A program made the translations under genes and the position numbers. The notes beneath the pieces are model-generated. The model was not told the origin of the DNA and searched no databases. It worked only from the letters and a program-made list of their open reading frames with translations. From the human T2T-CHM13v2.0 reference genome, Homo sapiens, in the NCBI RefSeq assembly GCF_009914755.1, contig NC_060925.1: 64,000 nucleotides of DNA. One strand, 5' to 3'. The first letter of the stretch is position 1; every line of letters begins with the position of its first letter. Shown here piece after piece: positions 24,900 to 51,479 of the stretch.

Positions 24900-26050
24900 A
24901 GACCTCGGTGGCATCACTGTCAGCGCAGCCGAAGCCACCACGCTAGCTCCAGACTGGTCAGCAGATGGCCGCGCACCAGGCCCTTCCTGCGGCCCGGGCG
25001 ACTCGTCTCTTAGTGGAGGAAGTAGCCGGCCCCGGACACACTCCTGAGGAGCGCTGCCCGCAGTCTCGGGAAACGGGGCGTGGGGCCAGCTGCTCCTTCC
25101 AACTCCTCCTCGGGGGCAGCATGAGGGAGGGTCGCTGTCAGGGCCTCGAGGACTAAGGGTTCAGGGTGCCCGCCGCTCGTCCCCTCCCCCCTCCCCCCCA
25201 GGTCGTGGAGGCCGGTCCCCAGCATCTCTCCAGCGTCCCCACTGTCGTGGCTCCGGGGCGGGCTTCTCCCTTTTCAGGCATTTCTGAAATCGCCGCCTCA
25301 CCCGGGCTCTCTTCCTCCGGCTCGCCCTCCCCAGCCCCAGGTGCCAGAGAGAACTTTCCCCAAAACGCGAAACTGATCCTTTCAGACGCCTCGCGTTCGC
25401 CCAACAGCACCTCTAGCCTCGGTCGTTGTCACGTGACGCGGCCCCAAGGCCCAGGCCACGCCCCCGGAGCTCGCCACGCCCACCGGGTCAGCCCCCACGC
25501 GGCCGCCTGCACAGGGGGTTCCAGCCACCCGCGCTCTCCCAGGTTTGCCGACCTTACGGGCCCTTCTCCGCCAGCCCTGGCTGGGTCACCCCCACGACCC
25601 GGGACTCCCCCGCCGTTCCCTCCCGGGCTGCCTGCAGTGAGGTCCGCTCCTGAGGCCTCAGCCTCGCCGGGGGTAGGGCCCTCTCCCGCCGTCGCCGCAG
25701 CTCCTTTCCGTCCCGGGGCCTGGGGGGCACCGTCCCACGGGTGAGGGCCGCCTCCAGCGCCTGGCCCAGCCATGCGAACGCCTGGAGCCCGCGAGCTGCA
25801 GCTGCGGCCCTGAAGGTGCCGCATATCCTGCCGAGTGGGTGAAGCGTGGCACTTTGGAAAACAAATCGGGTTAGTGCTCAGCAGCCTCCGGGCCGATGGG
25901 TGGGGATGTCATACTATGAACTGAGAGCCCGCGAGCTGGAAAAAACAGTGCCAGTCCTGCCCGCGCGTCGCGGGACTCAGTAATTCCCGGCTCCGCAGCG
26001 CTCGAGCCTGTTCTCCGCAGCTTCATACCCTCTGCCCCGCGAAAGTGACC
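24900..26050. promoter_or_regulatory. CpG island 2, probable lncRNA promoter
   Basis: CpG-rich non-repeat DNA; perfect palindromic GTCACGTGAC E-box at 25428-25437; donor-like CGG|GTGAGG at 25740/25741. Confidence 0.8.
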
Positions 26051-26055
26051 TCAGG

Positions 26056-29561
<3,506 letters not shown>

Positions 29562-30087
29562 TGAGCCACCACTCCTGGCCTCAGATTTATTTACTTAAGG
29601 TATTTCTTTAAATTGACTCACTATTTTTTACCTAAATAAATTCAGCCTCATCCTAAGCAATGATATCTCCGGTGAGGTGGTTATATTTTTTCTTACATAG
29701 GTGATAAGTAAAATAAATACTTCAGATTTAAAATTGGGTGGGTGCAGTAGCTCATGCCTGTAATCCCAACACTTTGGGAGGCCGAGGTGGGTGCCTGTAG
29801 TCTCAGCTACTCGGGAGGCTGAAGCAGGAGAATCACTTGAACCCGAGTGAGCCGGAGATCGTGCCATTGCACTCCAGCCTGGGTGACAGAGCAAGACTCT
29901 GTCTCAAAAAAAAAAAAAAAAAGAAATAGAATAAAATAAATAAAAGGCAATAAGCCGGGCACCATGGCTCATGGCTGTAATTCCAACACTTTGGGAAGCT
30001 AAGGCAGGCAGATCTCTTGAGGTCAGGAGTTCGAGAACAGCCTGGCTAACATGGTGAAACCCTGCCTCTACTAAAAATACGAAATTA

Positions 30088-30279
<192 letters not shown>

Positions 30280-30329
30280 TTATCAATTGCTCATAGGAGG
30301 TTTGCTTTTAGAACCCATGCCCCAGGCTA

Positions 30330-30676
30330 CGGGAAAGCCACGCGTCCATACAGAAAGGCCGTGTGTAGGTGTTTTAGCCACAAGACCAACTAAAGTCCCA
30401 GCCAACAACCTGCAATGACCAAACAGGTCACTGAGAGAGCCCTCAGATGATCTCAGCACCCAGGCTTTGAGATGCTTGAGCTGATACTGAGCAGGGCAGA
30501 GATAAGGTGTCTCCATCAAATGTTACAAAAATAGTAGATCTGTGAGCAAAATAAATGTGGTCAACATTTTTTCTTTTTTAATTTTTTAAAATCACAACCC
30601 TGCTCACCTATGTTGTCAATATTTAACACTAACAATTTTGAGATGTTTTATTATGCAGCAATAGACCACTGGTACA
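30330..30676 (+). mobile_element. MLT1-family (MaLR) LTR fragment
   Basis: GTGAGCAAAATAAATG poly(A) region and TTATGCAGCAATAGACCACTGGTACA 3' end. Confidence 0.6.
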
Positions 30677-30816
30677 GGAGCCCTCTTCTCTCCCTAGATT
30701 CTCTCTTCTTGGCCTTACTGCTTGTCCCCACTTCTCTGTCCCCAGAAGCACTCGGCATAATCTCTTCAATGACACCAGCTCTGAGAAAACTAAAGCCAAA
30801 AGCCAAAAAATAAAAT

Positions 30817-31644
<828 letters not shown>

Positions 31645-32092
31645 ATTGGATTTAAGTGTCTGAAGCCCAATGACTTAACCTTTCCTGAGGCAAAGGCACA
31701 GAAGAGCCTATTTTCCAAAAATGGGAAAACGAAGACATAGGAAGGAAAAACCCAACAAATGGTCAGGAAATTATACTGCTATAGGCTCTTCTCGGATGAG
31801 TGTCTAGTCCTAATGAGGGGGCTGTGGGAATTCAAAGACGGAGAAACTGCCTTCAGATAGAGCTAGTAGGGAAGACCCCTGCAGACAGTGACATTAAATT
31901 GAAGGTAGAATTTGGATAGATGGACATGGGGAGGGCAATTCAAACAAAGGGAACTTGAGCAACAGGGTGGAGGTAGAAAGGTGCCAGATCTTTTGGGAGA
32001 TGCAGAAGTGATATCACACAGTTTAAAGCCAGAGTTAAATATAAACCGATACTTAGAAGCTTAAATTCAACATGGCAAATTCACAGGTTTAG

Positions 32093-32442
<350 letters not shown>

Positions 32443-33709
32443 TAATTAACCTCTTTAGAATATTACCTCACAACAGAATAAACAAATCAAAAACTTCAGA
32501 TATTCTTTCTAAAGACCCCCTTAGTCAGTAATATCTATAATCACATGACAATGAGTGACACCATGTGATAGTGGCCCGAAGGCTCAATGATGCTGGCCAT
32601 GCAACTCACTTACTTACCCTCCTCTGGCAACAGATTTTCTTTTCTTTTCTTGTTTTTTCTTTCTTTCTTTTTTTTTTTTTTTTGAGATGGAGTCTCGCTC
32701 TGTCATCCACGCTGGAGTGCAGTGGCACGATCTCAGCTCACTGCAACCTCTGCCTCCTGGGTTAAAGCGATTTTCCTGCTTCAGCTTCCTGGGTAGCTAG
32801 AACTACAGGTGCCCGCCACCACGCCAGACTAATGTTCGTATTTTTAGTAGAGACAGGGTTTTACCGTGTTGGCCAGGCTGGTCTCAAACTCCTGAGCTCA
32901 GGTGATCTGCCCACCTCAGCCTCCCAAAGTGCTGGGATTAAAGGCATGAGCCACCATGCCCGGCCTGGCAACAGATCTTCTACCCACAAGGAAGGGCATG
33001 TCCTCCAGGGCTGGATCCTTGAGGGACTCGTTCCCCAGGCCACAGTGACGGGCCAGAGATGGGCATGTGATCCCAGCAGGACCATTCAGAATTCTCCCTT
33101 AGAATTGATGCACAGAGGTAGGAAGAGAGGTTTTTCGGATTACTTCACTCCTTGGACTATTAAGCGGGGGTTGCCTCATGGAGGAACAGAGCCTGCTGGC
33201 AAAGATGAGCAGCAACAAAAGACGGACAGAGACTTAACTGTGTGGAGTCCCCTTTCAGGGTCCCTGCAGCTCTTCCTCCAACCCAAAGACCTAGTCCGAG
33301 GATCCTCTCCCATTACCAAGCCAGTAAATTTCCCTTTGAGTGGGATTTCTGTCACTTACAACCAACAGGCCTAACACAAGAGTGAACTGTAAGGGAGACC
33401 TCTAAGGCCAGCCACTTAATGCCATATCTCATCAAGATGCCCTTGATTGTAAAACATACCATCATTTTATGTACCATGAGGAAAGGGGAAAATGCTGTAA
33501 GTAAGCTATGACAAGCCACTGATTATGAGATGCATCCCAGTTTCAGAAGCATGAAAATATGGGAAAAATGTGCTTCCTAGGCCTGATGAAATATTGCAGC
33601 TGTGTGCCCTTGGGTGAGTTACTTAATCTCTATGTTCCTTGGTGTCCTCGTCTTTAAAGTGAGGATGACAATGCCCACCTGACAGGATTGTTGTGAGGAT
33701 TTAGCCTAT

Positions 33710-34980
<1,271 letters not shown>

Positions 34981-36978
34981 AATAGATGTACAATGCCTAG
35001 ATGAGCTGCTTAATATGGTGTGTGCTTAAGAAATCGTGACTCACTTCAGAGCTGCTCTGGCTTAGATTCCTAAATCCATAAAACTTCCCTTTCCTGGTCT
35101 CCTGAAAGGGTGAGTTTTCTTTCCTTTTACATCCTGCACCAGGACCTCTGTGGAGGGTATCAAGAAGAAGCCCTGCTTCTAGAAATTATTAGTCAGTTAA
35201 GCTGTCAGGATCTTACAAGGAGACAGCAGAAGAGAGCGCCTCTGTCTACAGGGAGCAGAGGTAGGGGATTTCAGAAGGCTGGGAAACCTCGCCCTTCAGT
35301 TCATCCTCCACCCACCACCACCATCACACACACAAACTAGGAGCCTATTGACCTACCGCTTCCCAGATCTGTCCTGGGGTCAGGAAAAGGCCGCAGAATC
35401 ATAAAGAAATGAAGCTGATTTCACTTCCTGGATCACCAGTTTTGTTCCCTCAGCACGACTCCCTGAGAGTCTTCTCTCCAGCCTAACCATGCACTTTTCC
35501 AAGCGTCGAGATGCTTAGAAACTTCCAAAAATACTTGACCACAGTGCCAGAAAGACATTTCTAATAAAACTTGCCAGCAAAGGGCTGGGAAGACCCCAAG
35601 TGTCTCTTGTCAGGGAAGCTTTATAGACTTAGCTCCTGGGAGCCAGCTGGGCCCTGGCTTGCTAGACCACCCTGCAAGGGCTTGGCCTCTCTCCCCAGCC
35701 CCTGCCAGGCCTGCTGGAAGTAGTGGCTGGAAAGAAATGGGGGCTTTGGGGTCAGGGAGCCTGTGTTCCAACTCCGGCTCCCCTTGCACTGGCTGTGTGG
35801 CTTTAGGCATGTGACTGAACCCCAAGAGCCACAGTTCATTCAGCAATAAAATGAGAGCTTCTGTCACCACTGCCTCTCCAGAGGCTGCTGTCGATTAATG
35901 GAATGTCATGGGTGATTGCATCGGGAATGGGGGGCGTCCAGTAAAGGCAGCTTCCTGCCCTAGGCTTCTTCCTGGTGCCCACTGGAACTGCAATTGGACC
36001 TGGCTGCCTCCGATTTACCGAGGCTCCATTTTATTTATTTATTTTTAAACTTATTTTAAAAGTAGAGATGGAGGCAGGTCTCCCTATGTTGCCCAGTCTG
36101 GTCTTGAACTCTTGGCCTCAAGCTATCCTCCTGCCTTGGCCTCCCAGGTGCTGACATTTTAGGTGTAAGCTACCGTTCCAGGCTGAATTTACTTTCTTTG
36201 AGACTGTGGCAGATGCGCTTGAAGCCAGCAGCAAAAGCAATGCCCATGGAGTGGTTTGGGCTGAAACTGTTCAGCCATTCATAGCTCAGCACCGTCTTGG
36301 TCTTCCATTACCAGTGGAAGGGTCCAGGGCTCCTGAGAGGCAGCTTGGCCCCATGCAATGGCTTCCTCCACTTCCACAATCCCCTCACCTGGCAGGGAGA
36401 TAGTGAGCAAGCAAGAAGGGGATTAGCCTCCTGCCTGGGCAGGACCATGGGGCACAAGGCAAGCTCCAGGCAGGGTTCTTCAGGACAGAGAGGGCAGCAC
36501 AAACACCAGGCCCTGGCTTGAATATGTGTTTCACCACTTGCTGGCCAGCAACCCTGGGCAGTTCTCTTAACCTCTCCAAGTCTCAGTTATTTGGTCTGTA
36601 AAATGGGTATGATTACACCTGTCTCCCAGGGCTGCTGGGGAATGACAGTGTGTAAAGCCTAAGCACAGTGCTAGGTGCATCCCTGGCACCTGCCATAGTT
36701 AAGGGTGGGGGGCAGGGCTGGTGGGAAAACAGGATGGGGGAGAGAAAGAGAAGCAGAAGAGGAAAATGCTGGGGAAGGAGAATGCCCTGGGTTTTACAGG
36801 GTTCTGCAGTTTAGGGTCATTCTTCTACCCTCTCCCACCTTTGCTCAGGGCTTGGGCACATGCTCTTCCTTCTCCTCCTGTACACTCCTGCCCGCTATCC
36901 AGCAAGGCCTCTCCACCCTGAGGAAGCATCAGTTTAAAAACCACCTCTTCAGCTGGGCCTGATGGTGCATACCTGTTA

Positions 36979-37161
<183 letters not shown>

Positions 37162-37758
37162 TCACCTCTAGAATAGATCCCTTCCACCCTGTTTTTCCTT
37201 CAGTGTGAGATTTCTAGATTTATTTGTCTGATTATTTGCCCCCAAGACCATCAGCTCCAGGAGGGCAAGGACTGTGTTCACTTTGCTCACTTCTGTATAC
37301 AGCACCCAGCATCATGCCTGGCACAGAGTTTGGGAAGGGGACGATGATGATCCCTTGTCTGCACCTCAGAGAGGCAGCAGGGACTGTGGGCAGGGACCTC
37401 CAGGCCATAAGGAGCTGGAGGGAGTCCTAGAGGGTGGAGGGAGCGAAAGCAGGCCAGAGAGGCAAAGGGGCAGGAGACATGTGAGGGCATTCTAGGTGTG
37501 GGGAATGGCTTATGCCACTGTCCAGGTGCATGAACCTATCAGGGAGTTGGGGAAGACAAAACTCTTGGTAGTGGCTGTAGCAGAGCAATGGTGAAGGAGC
37601 CAGTCTGCCGCAGCCACTCTTCAGGACTTTGCTTTCCTGGGGCCAGGTTGCAAACAACCTTGAAGCTTGACCAGGGTATGTGGACCTTATCCTAATTTTT
37701 ATGGGTTTTGTTTGTTTGTTTAATCAGAGACAGGGTCTCTCTATGTTGCCCTGTTTAG

Positions 37759-38070
<312 letters not shown>

Positions 38071-39213
38071 TGAGCTCCTGACCTCAAGTGATCCGCTCGC
38101 CCCCGCCGCGGCCTCCCAAAGTGCTGGGATTACAGGTATGAGCCACTTTGCTTGGCCCCTATCCTAGGTTTTTAAGTAGGGAAGTAACATGATCAAGCTT
38201 GTCTTGCTCAGAGCTCCCCTCGGAGGAAAGGCTGGAGGAGGTGACTGAAGCTGTTGCCTTGAGGACCCAGTCTGGTCTCCAGCCTCAGTGCTTCAAGGAC
38301 AGGGTCCTTGCTGTATAGAGCTACTGGTGATTCAGACACAATCCACCTTGTGTTGCCTGCGGCTGACCTCCACTGGCAGGTGCCCTCTCCCTCTACAGTG
38401 GAGGTGTATGCGCTCAGGCAATGCAGGCTCAGCCCAGCTGTGGTCCCCCTGGAGGCAGTGAGCCCTTTGAGAGGTCTGAGCCAGGGGTGGTGGTTCACAC
38501 CTGTCATCCCAGCAGTTTGGAAGGCTGAGGCTGGAGGATTGCTTGAGGCCAGAAGTTTGAGACCAGCCTAGGGAACATAGCAAACCTATCTCTACAAAAA
38601 AAAAAAAAAAAAAAAAAAAATTAGTCAGATGTGGTGGTGTGTTCCTGTAGTCCTACCTACTCAGGAGGCGGAGGTGGGAGGATTACTTGAGCCCAGGAGT
38701 CCGAGGCTGCAGTAAGCTAAGGTTGCATCATTGCACTCCAGCCTGGGCAACACAGCAAGACCCTGTCTCTAAGTAAATAAATAAATACATTTTTTTAAAT
38801 TAAAAAAAAAAGAGAGGGAAATCCAAGCCAAATCCTCCAGGGGTCAAAGTCCTGCTGTCCTCCCCTGCTCTGCTCACCCCCAGCCTACCTCTGTGTGGGG
38901 TGGGGGTGTCGGGGGAACCCATGCCGCTGAGCAAGGAGCTCCCTCAGCTGGTCTATTAGTCAGGTGAGGCTAGGTTCTACCGCAGTAAATCAGCCCCAAA
39001 CTTCAATGACTTCACACAACAAAGTATATTTCTCAATCATGTTATACGCTCAGTGCAGTGGAGAAAAGAGGATGGAAGGGCAGGGCTCTGTTCCACCTAG
39101 GGTCTCAGGGATCCAGGTTGCTAGAAGAGCCACCATCTAGACAATCACCAGTCACCATGGCATGGGAAGAGAGGGCATGGAGAACTTACACCTTTTGATC
39201 CAGTAGTGACACA

Positions 39214-40152
<939 letters not shown>

Positions 40153-41240
40153 TATAGGTCACACTTCCGATTATAGCCAATTGGCCAGCACTAGCCCACT
40201 GGCCAGCAGCCAGGGTTCTGGAAAGGTAGAAGAGCCCACGGGTACTCAGTGGGCAGTGACTGTCTGTTCAGCCAAGTGCAAGCCAGGTTGGAGAGCAGGT
40301 TGGCTCCTGCCTGGACACAGGAAGATGGATGACAAAGGATGCCCAGAAAGGTGTGGGCTCCTTCCCAGTTACCTCCAGCCTCCATCTGCTCTCTGATTCC
40401 TAGAGCACAGCTCAGAGAACATCAGTTCCACTTTCCCCCAGCTTACCCAAAATATAGCCCCTACCCATTCTGGCCTCAGCACAACGCTGCCTGATTTCTC
40501 TCCACTCTTTCTCCCCTCCCCTCCCCCTGCCCTCCCCATCTCCCCATACCTCCCAGCTCCAACCACACGAGGCTCCCCCTGCTCTGTAATATATACTTTA
40601 TTTCCTTTACCCCTCCGGGAATGTTCTACCCCTCTCTGCTCACTAGAATCCCACCCATTCTTCCAAATCTAGCTCACTTATCACCTGGTCCATGAAGATT
40701 CTTCCCACAGAATATCCTCCGCTTCCTCTCACCTCACAGTCTCCTACAGATGAAATGCCCAGCCCACAGCTCCCCACTGAAGGGGCAGCCCCAGGCAGAC
40801 CATGTGATCCCATTCCCTATCCCAGCCACAGTGAGGTGGATCCACACGGCCACTCTGTTGCCTGGGCAGTGGCCTATGAGGTGGGGCCTGGTGGGAAGGA
40901 TGAGATGAGCTAGGTCTATCAAACTCTCTTTAGATAACTTTTTTTTTCTGGAGATAGGGTTTTGCTGTATCACCCAAGTTGGAGTGCTGTAGTGCAGTCA
41001 GGGCTCACTGCAGCCTTGAACTCCTGGGCTCAGGCAATCCTACCACTTCAGCCTCCAAAGAAGCTGGAACTATAGGCATGTGCTACCATGCCTGGCTAAT
41101 TTTTTTAACTTTTTATAGAGACGGCGGGATCTTGCTTATGTTGCCCAGGCTGGTCTGGAACTCCTGGCCTCAAGCAACCTTCCCACCCCAGACTCCCAAA
41201 GTGCTGGGATTACAAGTGTAAGCCACTGTGCCAGCCAGCC

Positions 41241-41797
41241 AGTGTTTTCTTGCTGTGTCCTCAAAGAGAGAAAGGAACTAGTGAGCTCTCTGGGCCTTTC
41301 TTATAAGGTCACTAATCCCAGTCATGAGGGCTTCACCCTCATCTCATCACTTCTCAAAGGGCCCACCTCATAATACCATCATTTGGGGATTAATCACCTC
41401 CTTTGAGAATGAAAGTTAAAAAAAAATTGGGGGTTAAAATTTCCACATACAAGCCAGTCATGGTGGCTCATGCCTATAACCCCAGCACTTTGGGAGGTGA
41501 GGTGGGAGGATTGCTTAAGCCCAGGGGTTCCAGACCAGCCTGGGCAACACAGGGAAACCCCATCTCTATAAAAAGTTTTAAAACTAGCCAGCTGTGGTGG
41601 CATGCCTGCAGTCCCAGCTACTTGTGAGGCTGAGGTGGGAGGATCACTTGAGTCTGAGAGGTTGAGGCTACAATAAGCCATGACCACATCACTGCACTCC
41701 AGCTTGGGTGACAGAGTGAAACCCCATCTCAAAGGAAAAAAAAATTTTTTCAACATATGGATTTGTAGGGGTGGCACAAACATTTAGACCATAGCAC
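41241..41797 (-). mobile_element. MST/MLT1A-type MaLR LTR fragment split by an Alu
   Basis: TTATAAGGTCACTAATCCCAGTCATGAGGGCTTCACCCTCAT and ...CACAAACATTTAGACCATAGCA terminus. Confidence 0.55.
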
Positions 41798-42604
41798 ATC
41801 CAACTCTGTAATTCCTACCGCTGGGCTTTTTATGTAAGAGACAGACACACATAACTGGATTCAAGTTGACTTCATTTCACATAAGCAGTGTCTTCTTAAA
41901 GAACAACTTGTCAAATACAATTTTCATTCACTGACTTCCACACTGAGGGAGGATACTGGGTCCTAAACAATGTTTTCCTAAAATATTCTGTGCAAACCAG
42001 ATTTTAACCAATGTAGTCATTGTTCTCCACTGACTTACTTTATGAATATTAATGATGACTTTTATATTCAGCGTTCACTTCGTGGTGACACCTAGCTAGT
42101 GTTTAGTTTTTCAAAAATTTCACTCCTTGGACCATTGGGTAATAACCAGCAAACAACAGGTAAGAGTCCCAAACTGCTGCTTGAAAGAGAAAAATCCCTT
42201 TGGAAGACCACGGTAATAACTACTACTAATGTGTGGGGGTTTTGTTTGTTTTTTGTTTTTGTTTTTGTTTTTGTTTTCAGAGGGAGTCTCGCTCTGTCGC
42301 CCAGGCTAGAGTGCAGTGGCACCATTTCGGCTCATTGCAACCTCCACCTCCCGGGTTCAAGCGACCCCAGACTCCCGAGTGGCTGCGATTACAAGCACCC
42401 GCCACCGCGCCCGGCTGCACTCTAGCCTGGGCAACAGTGCAAGAGTCCGTCTCAAAAAAAAAAAAAAAAGAGTAATAGACTGTATTTCCCGAAGTATATT
42501 CATGGCCTTGGATGTTGTTAACAAGCATTAAGATTTTAAAAGGGCCCGAGGTCAAACCATTTAGGAAGAATGCCTAATTCCCACAGTTAAGGCTCGGTGG
42601 GTGG

Positions 42605-42615
42605 GCGCATGCGCA
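42605..42615. promoter_or_regulatory. NRF1 consensus motif in a small CpG-retaining patch
   Basis: GCGCATGCGCA, containing the perfect palindrome GCGCATGCGC. Confidence 0.55.
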
Positions 42616-42836
42616 CAGGATCCTCGCCGTCAGGCACCTGCGGAACACACTTGGAAATCGCTTTTTCCGGAGGCCCAATTTCATTTCATTATACACCACA
42701 CCACACTGTGCTGGGCTGTGGAGGAAGAACGGGAAGCAGTTTTGGTCCAGTCCTCCAGGACCTAGTTTTAGGAAGAGGGTGGCAAGGCAAAAAAAAAAAA
42801 AAGAAAAAAAGAAAAAAGAAAGCACAAATCCAATTA

Positions 42837-46118
<3,282 letters not shown>

Positions 46119-47199
46119 TACTCAACACTGCTAGAAAGGCGAGTCCAGAGCAGGACTCATCAGAATGCAGCTGTCTTAGCTGAGAGAACTCAGTAACCTG
46201 CACAGCCCCACAAACCATGGATAAGAGGGAGGCTAGGGCCCGAGTTCACCTGTGTCCCAAGGAGAGACAGACTCTGTGGGGGTTGGCAAGAAGAGGAACT
46301 GGTCCTGGATGTGGGAAGGAAAGGGAGCCAGTGCTGCCCAGGCCCTGGAGCATACAAGAAGCAAAGGAGATGGCATATGCCTTCACTGGGAGCTGTTTTC
46401 CTTCAGTCTTATAATAAAAAGAAGAGTTCTGATGGTGGGATAGGTAAGGGGATAACTGCAAATGGGGAACACCGATTCAGAGGCAAATCCAAAGTACCAA
46501 ATTGAAGCAATCAGAAGAGAACTTCCACAAGTTCCCACCACTGCCTCACGCACCGCCCTGCATCTGGGCCCAAGAATTCTGCTTTCCCTGTTGTACCTAT
46601 GAGTGAACCCTCAACCCCCCGGCCAAGACTCCAGCTGTCCCTGTGCATGCCACCCAGCTCCCTCCCACTCAGGACTTCCGCTCCAGCCACTCTGGCCTCT
46701 CCGAGTCATCCCCATCAGCAGGACGCATGCTGCTATTCCTCCCAGCTATACAAGAGCCCTTCCTGTCACACCTCCTACTCCAGCCACCCCTCCCTTCTTC
46801 CTTTACAGCAAAACTCTGCTGATGGATGAGTCCATTCCTGCGGATGAGTCCATTTCTGCTCTCTCCTGGACCTATTCCCATCAGGCTTGGCCCTCGCTGT
46901 TCCTCCAAAACTGCTCTTGCCAGCGTCACCATTGCTGAACTTGGTGTTCATCCCTTGTCCTCATTACTTGATCTTGCAGCAACATCCATCTGACCAGATG
47001 GCTCCCTTCATCCTGGTAACGCCCTCTTCCAGGAGCTTCCAGGACAACACACGTACCTGGTTTTCCTCCTACCTCTCAGACTGTTCCATCCCAGGCTTTT
47101 CTGCTGGTTCTTCCCCATATCACTGGCTTCTGCGTAAAGCAGTGCCCCAGAGTGCAATCTGTGAACTCCTCTTCTCTAGCCATACTCCCTCCCAAGATT

Positions 47200-49405
<2,206 letters not shown>

Positions 49406-50423
49406 AGTCTCAGAAAACTGTGGCTTTAAATACCAGCAGGTCTGTGCTGGTGGCTCCCCAGTATTTATCCCCAGCCTGCACATTTCCTCTGCATCAGACC
49501 TGCCTAACCAGTGTCTACTTAACCCTCCACACAGATGTATCTACTAGGTGTCTGAAACCTAACCCGTTCAAAACTGGGCTTCTAAGAGTCCCACCCCCAC
49601 CCACCAAACTAGCAAGGCCAGTTTTCTCCATCTTGATTAGTGACAACCCTTTCTTCCTGTTGCTCAGGCCAAAACCTTGAGATTTTCCCTGATTCCTCTC
49701 TCTTCTTTCTCTCTCCCACTTCATATTTGGCCTGCTGATAAATCCTGTCAGCCTTTAAAATATTTCCAGAATCCCACCCCTTCTCTTCACTTTCTCAGCC
49801 ACCATCCTAGGCAGCCTCTAGGGTAATCATCTCTCCTGGGATTACCCCAAGAGCCTGCTGACTGGTCTCTTGTTTCTGCCCTTACTTCTACAATCTCCCC
49901 ACCCCGCAGGGTGCTGCTTTCAAAGTCAGAGGTGTCCCTCTTCTGCTCAGAAAGAACCCTGCAGTGGCTCTCATCTGTAAGCCCAAGTCCTTACAATGGC
50001 CCACTGTCTCTTTCCAAGATCTGATCCCCCTGTCTTACCTCTCCAGCCCTAGCTTCTTATTTTCATTTTCAAAGACAGGGTCTAACTCTGCTGTCCAGGC
50101 TGGAGTACAGTGGCATGCTCATAGCTCACTGCAGCTCAAACTCCTGGGTTTGAGCCATTCTCCCACCTCAGCCTCTGAAGTGGCTGGAAATACAGGCACC
50201 ACCATCATGCCTAATTTTCTTTTCTTCTTTCTTTCTTTTTTTTTTTTGAGGCAGAGTCTCACTCTGTTGCCCAGGCTGGAGTGCAGTGGCACAATCTCAG
50301 CTCACTCAACCTCCACTTCCCAGGTTCAAGCGATTCTCATGCCTCAGCCTCCTACATAGCTGGGATTACAGGCACGTGCCACCACACCCAGCTAATTTTT
50401 GTGTGTATATATATATTTTATGA

Positions 50424-50528
<105 letters not shown>

Positions 50529-51479
50529 TGAGTAGCTGGGATTACAGATGTGTGCCACCATGCCCAGCTAATTTTTGTATTTTTAGTAGAGACAGGGTTT
50601 CACCATGTTGGCCCGGCTGGTCTCAAACTCTTGATCTCAGGGGATCCACCCGCCTCAGCTCCCAAAGTGCTGGGACCCCCCACCGGCCTAATTTTTGTAT
50701 TTTTAGTAAAGCTAAAAATACATGTTGGCCAGGCTGGTCTCCAACTCCTGGCCTCAAGTGATCCACCAGCTTCAGCCTCCCAAAGTGCTACCATTACAGG
50801 CGTAAGCCACCCTACCGGCCAGCCTGGCTAATTTTCCAAAAAAAAAAAAAAAAAAAGTATAGAGATGGGGAGGGGATGGGCTGGCTTGCGATGTTGCCCA
50901 AGCTGGTCCTGAACCCCTGGCCTCAAGTGATCCTTCCACCTTGGCCTCTCAAAGTGCTGGGATTAAAAGGCATGAGCCACTGAGGTAGGCCCCTGGCTTC
51001 CACTAGGCACCTCCTCTTCACTCTGCTCCATCCACTCTGGCCTCCCTGCTCTTCCGGGAACACAGCAGGCCGCCGGATATCTGTGTGGGTGGCTTGCTTG
51101 GTTCCCTCTGGCCTTTACTCAAAAATCACTGTAGCCTTCTCAGTGAGGCCTTTCCAGGCACCCTATCCAACACTTAACTTCTCCTACACACACATTTCAT
51201 ATCCTTCTTCCCTGTGGTTATTTTTTCCCCTTAGCTTGATCACTATTTAACATATTTTACATTTTACTTTGGTTGCTCTGTCTCTCCCATTACAATACAA
51301 ACTCTAGGAGCGCAGGGATTTTTGTGTTTGTTTTTGCTCCGTATCCCCAGTTCCTAGAATAGTGCCTAGAATAGGACCTATTAGGCGCTCAATAACTATT
51401 TTAAATGAATGAATGGATGGCTTCCAGGTAGGGAGAACAGTTGGAACAAATGCAGCTGTTCCCTTCAGAAGCCTGAAGC

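Noticed and set aside
25166-25744. 192-aa ORF in CpG island 2
   Set aside because: GTG start, Pro/Ala/Ser-rich, no domain; not supportable as coding without ribosome profiling.
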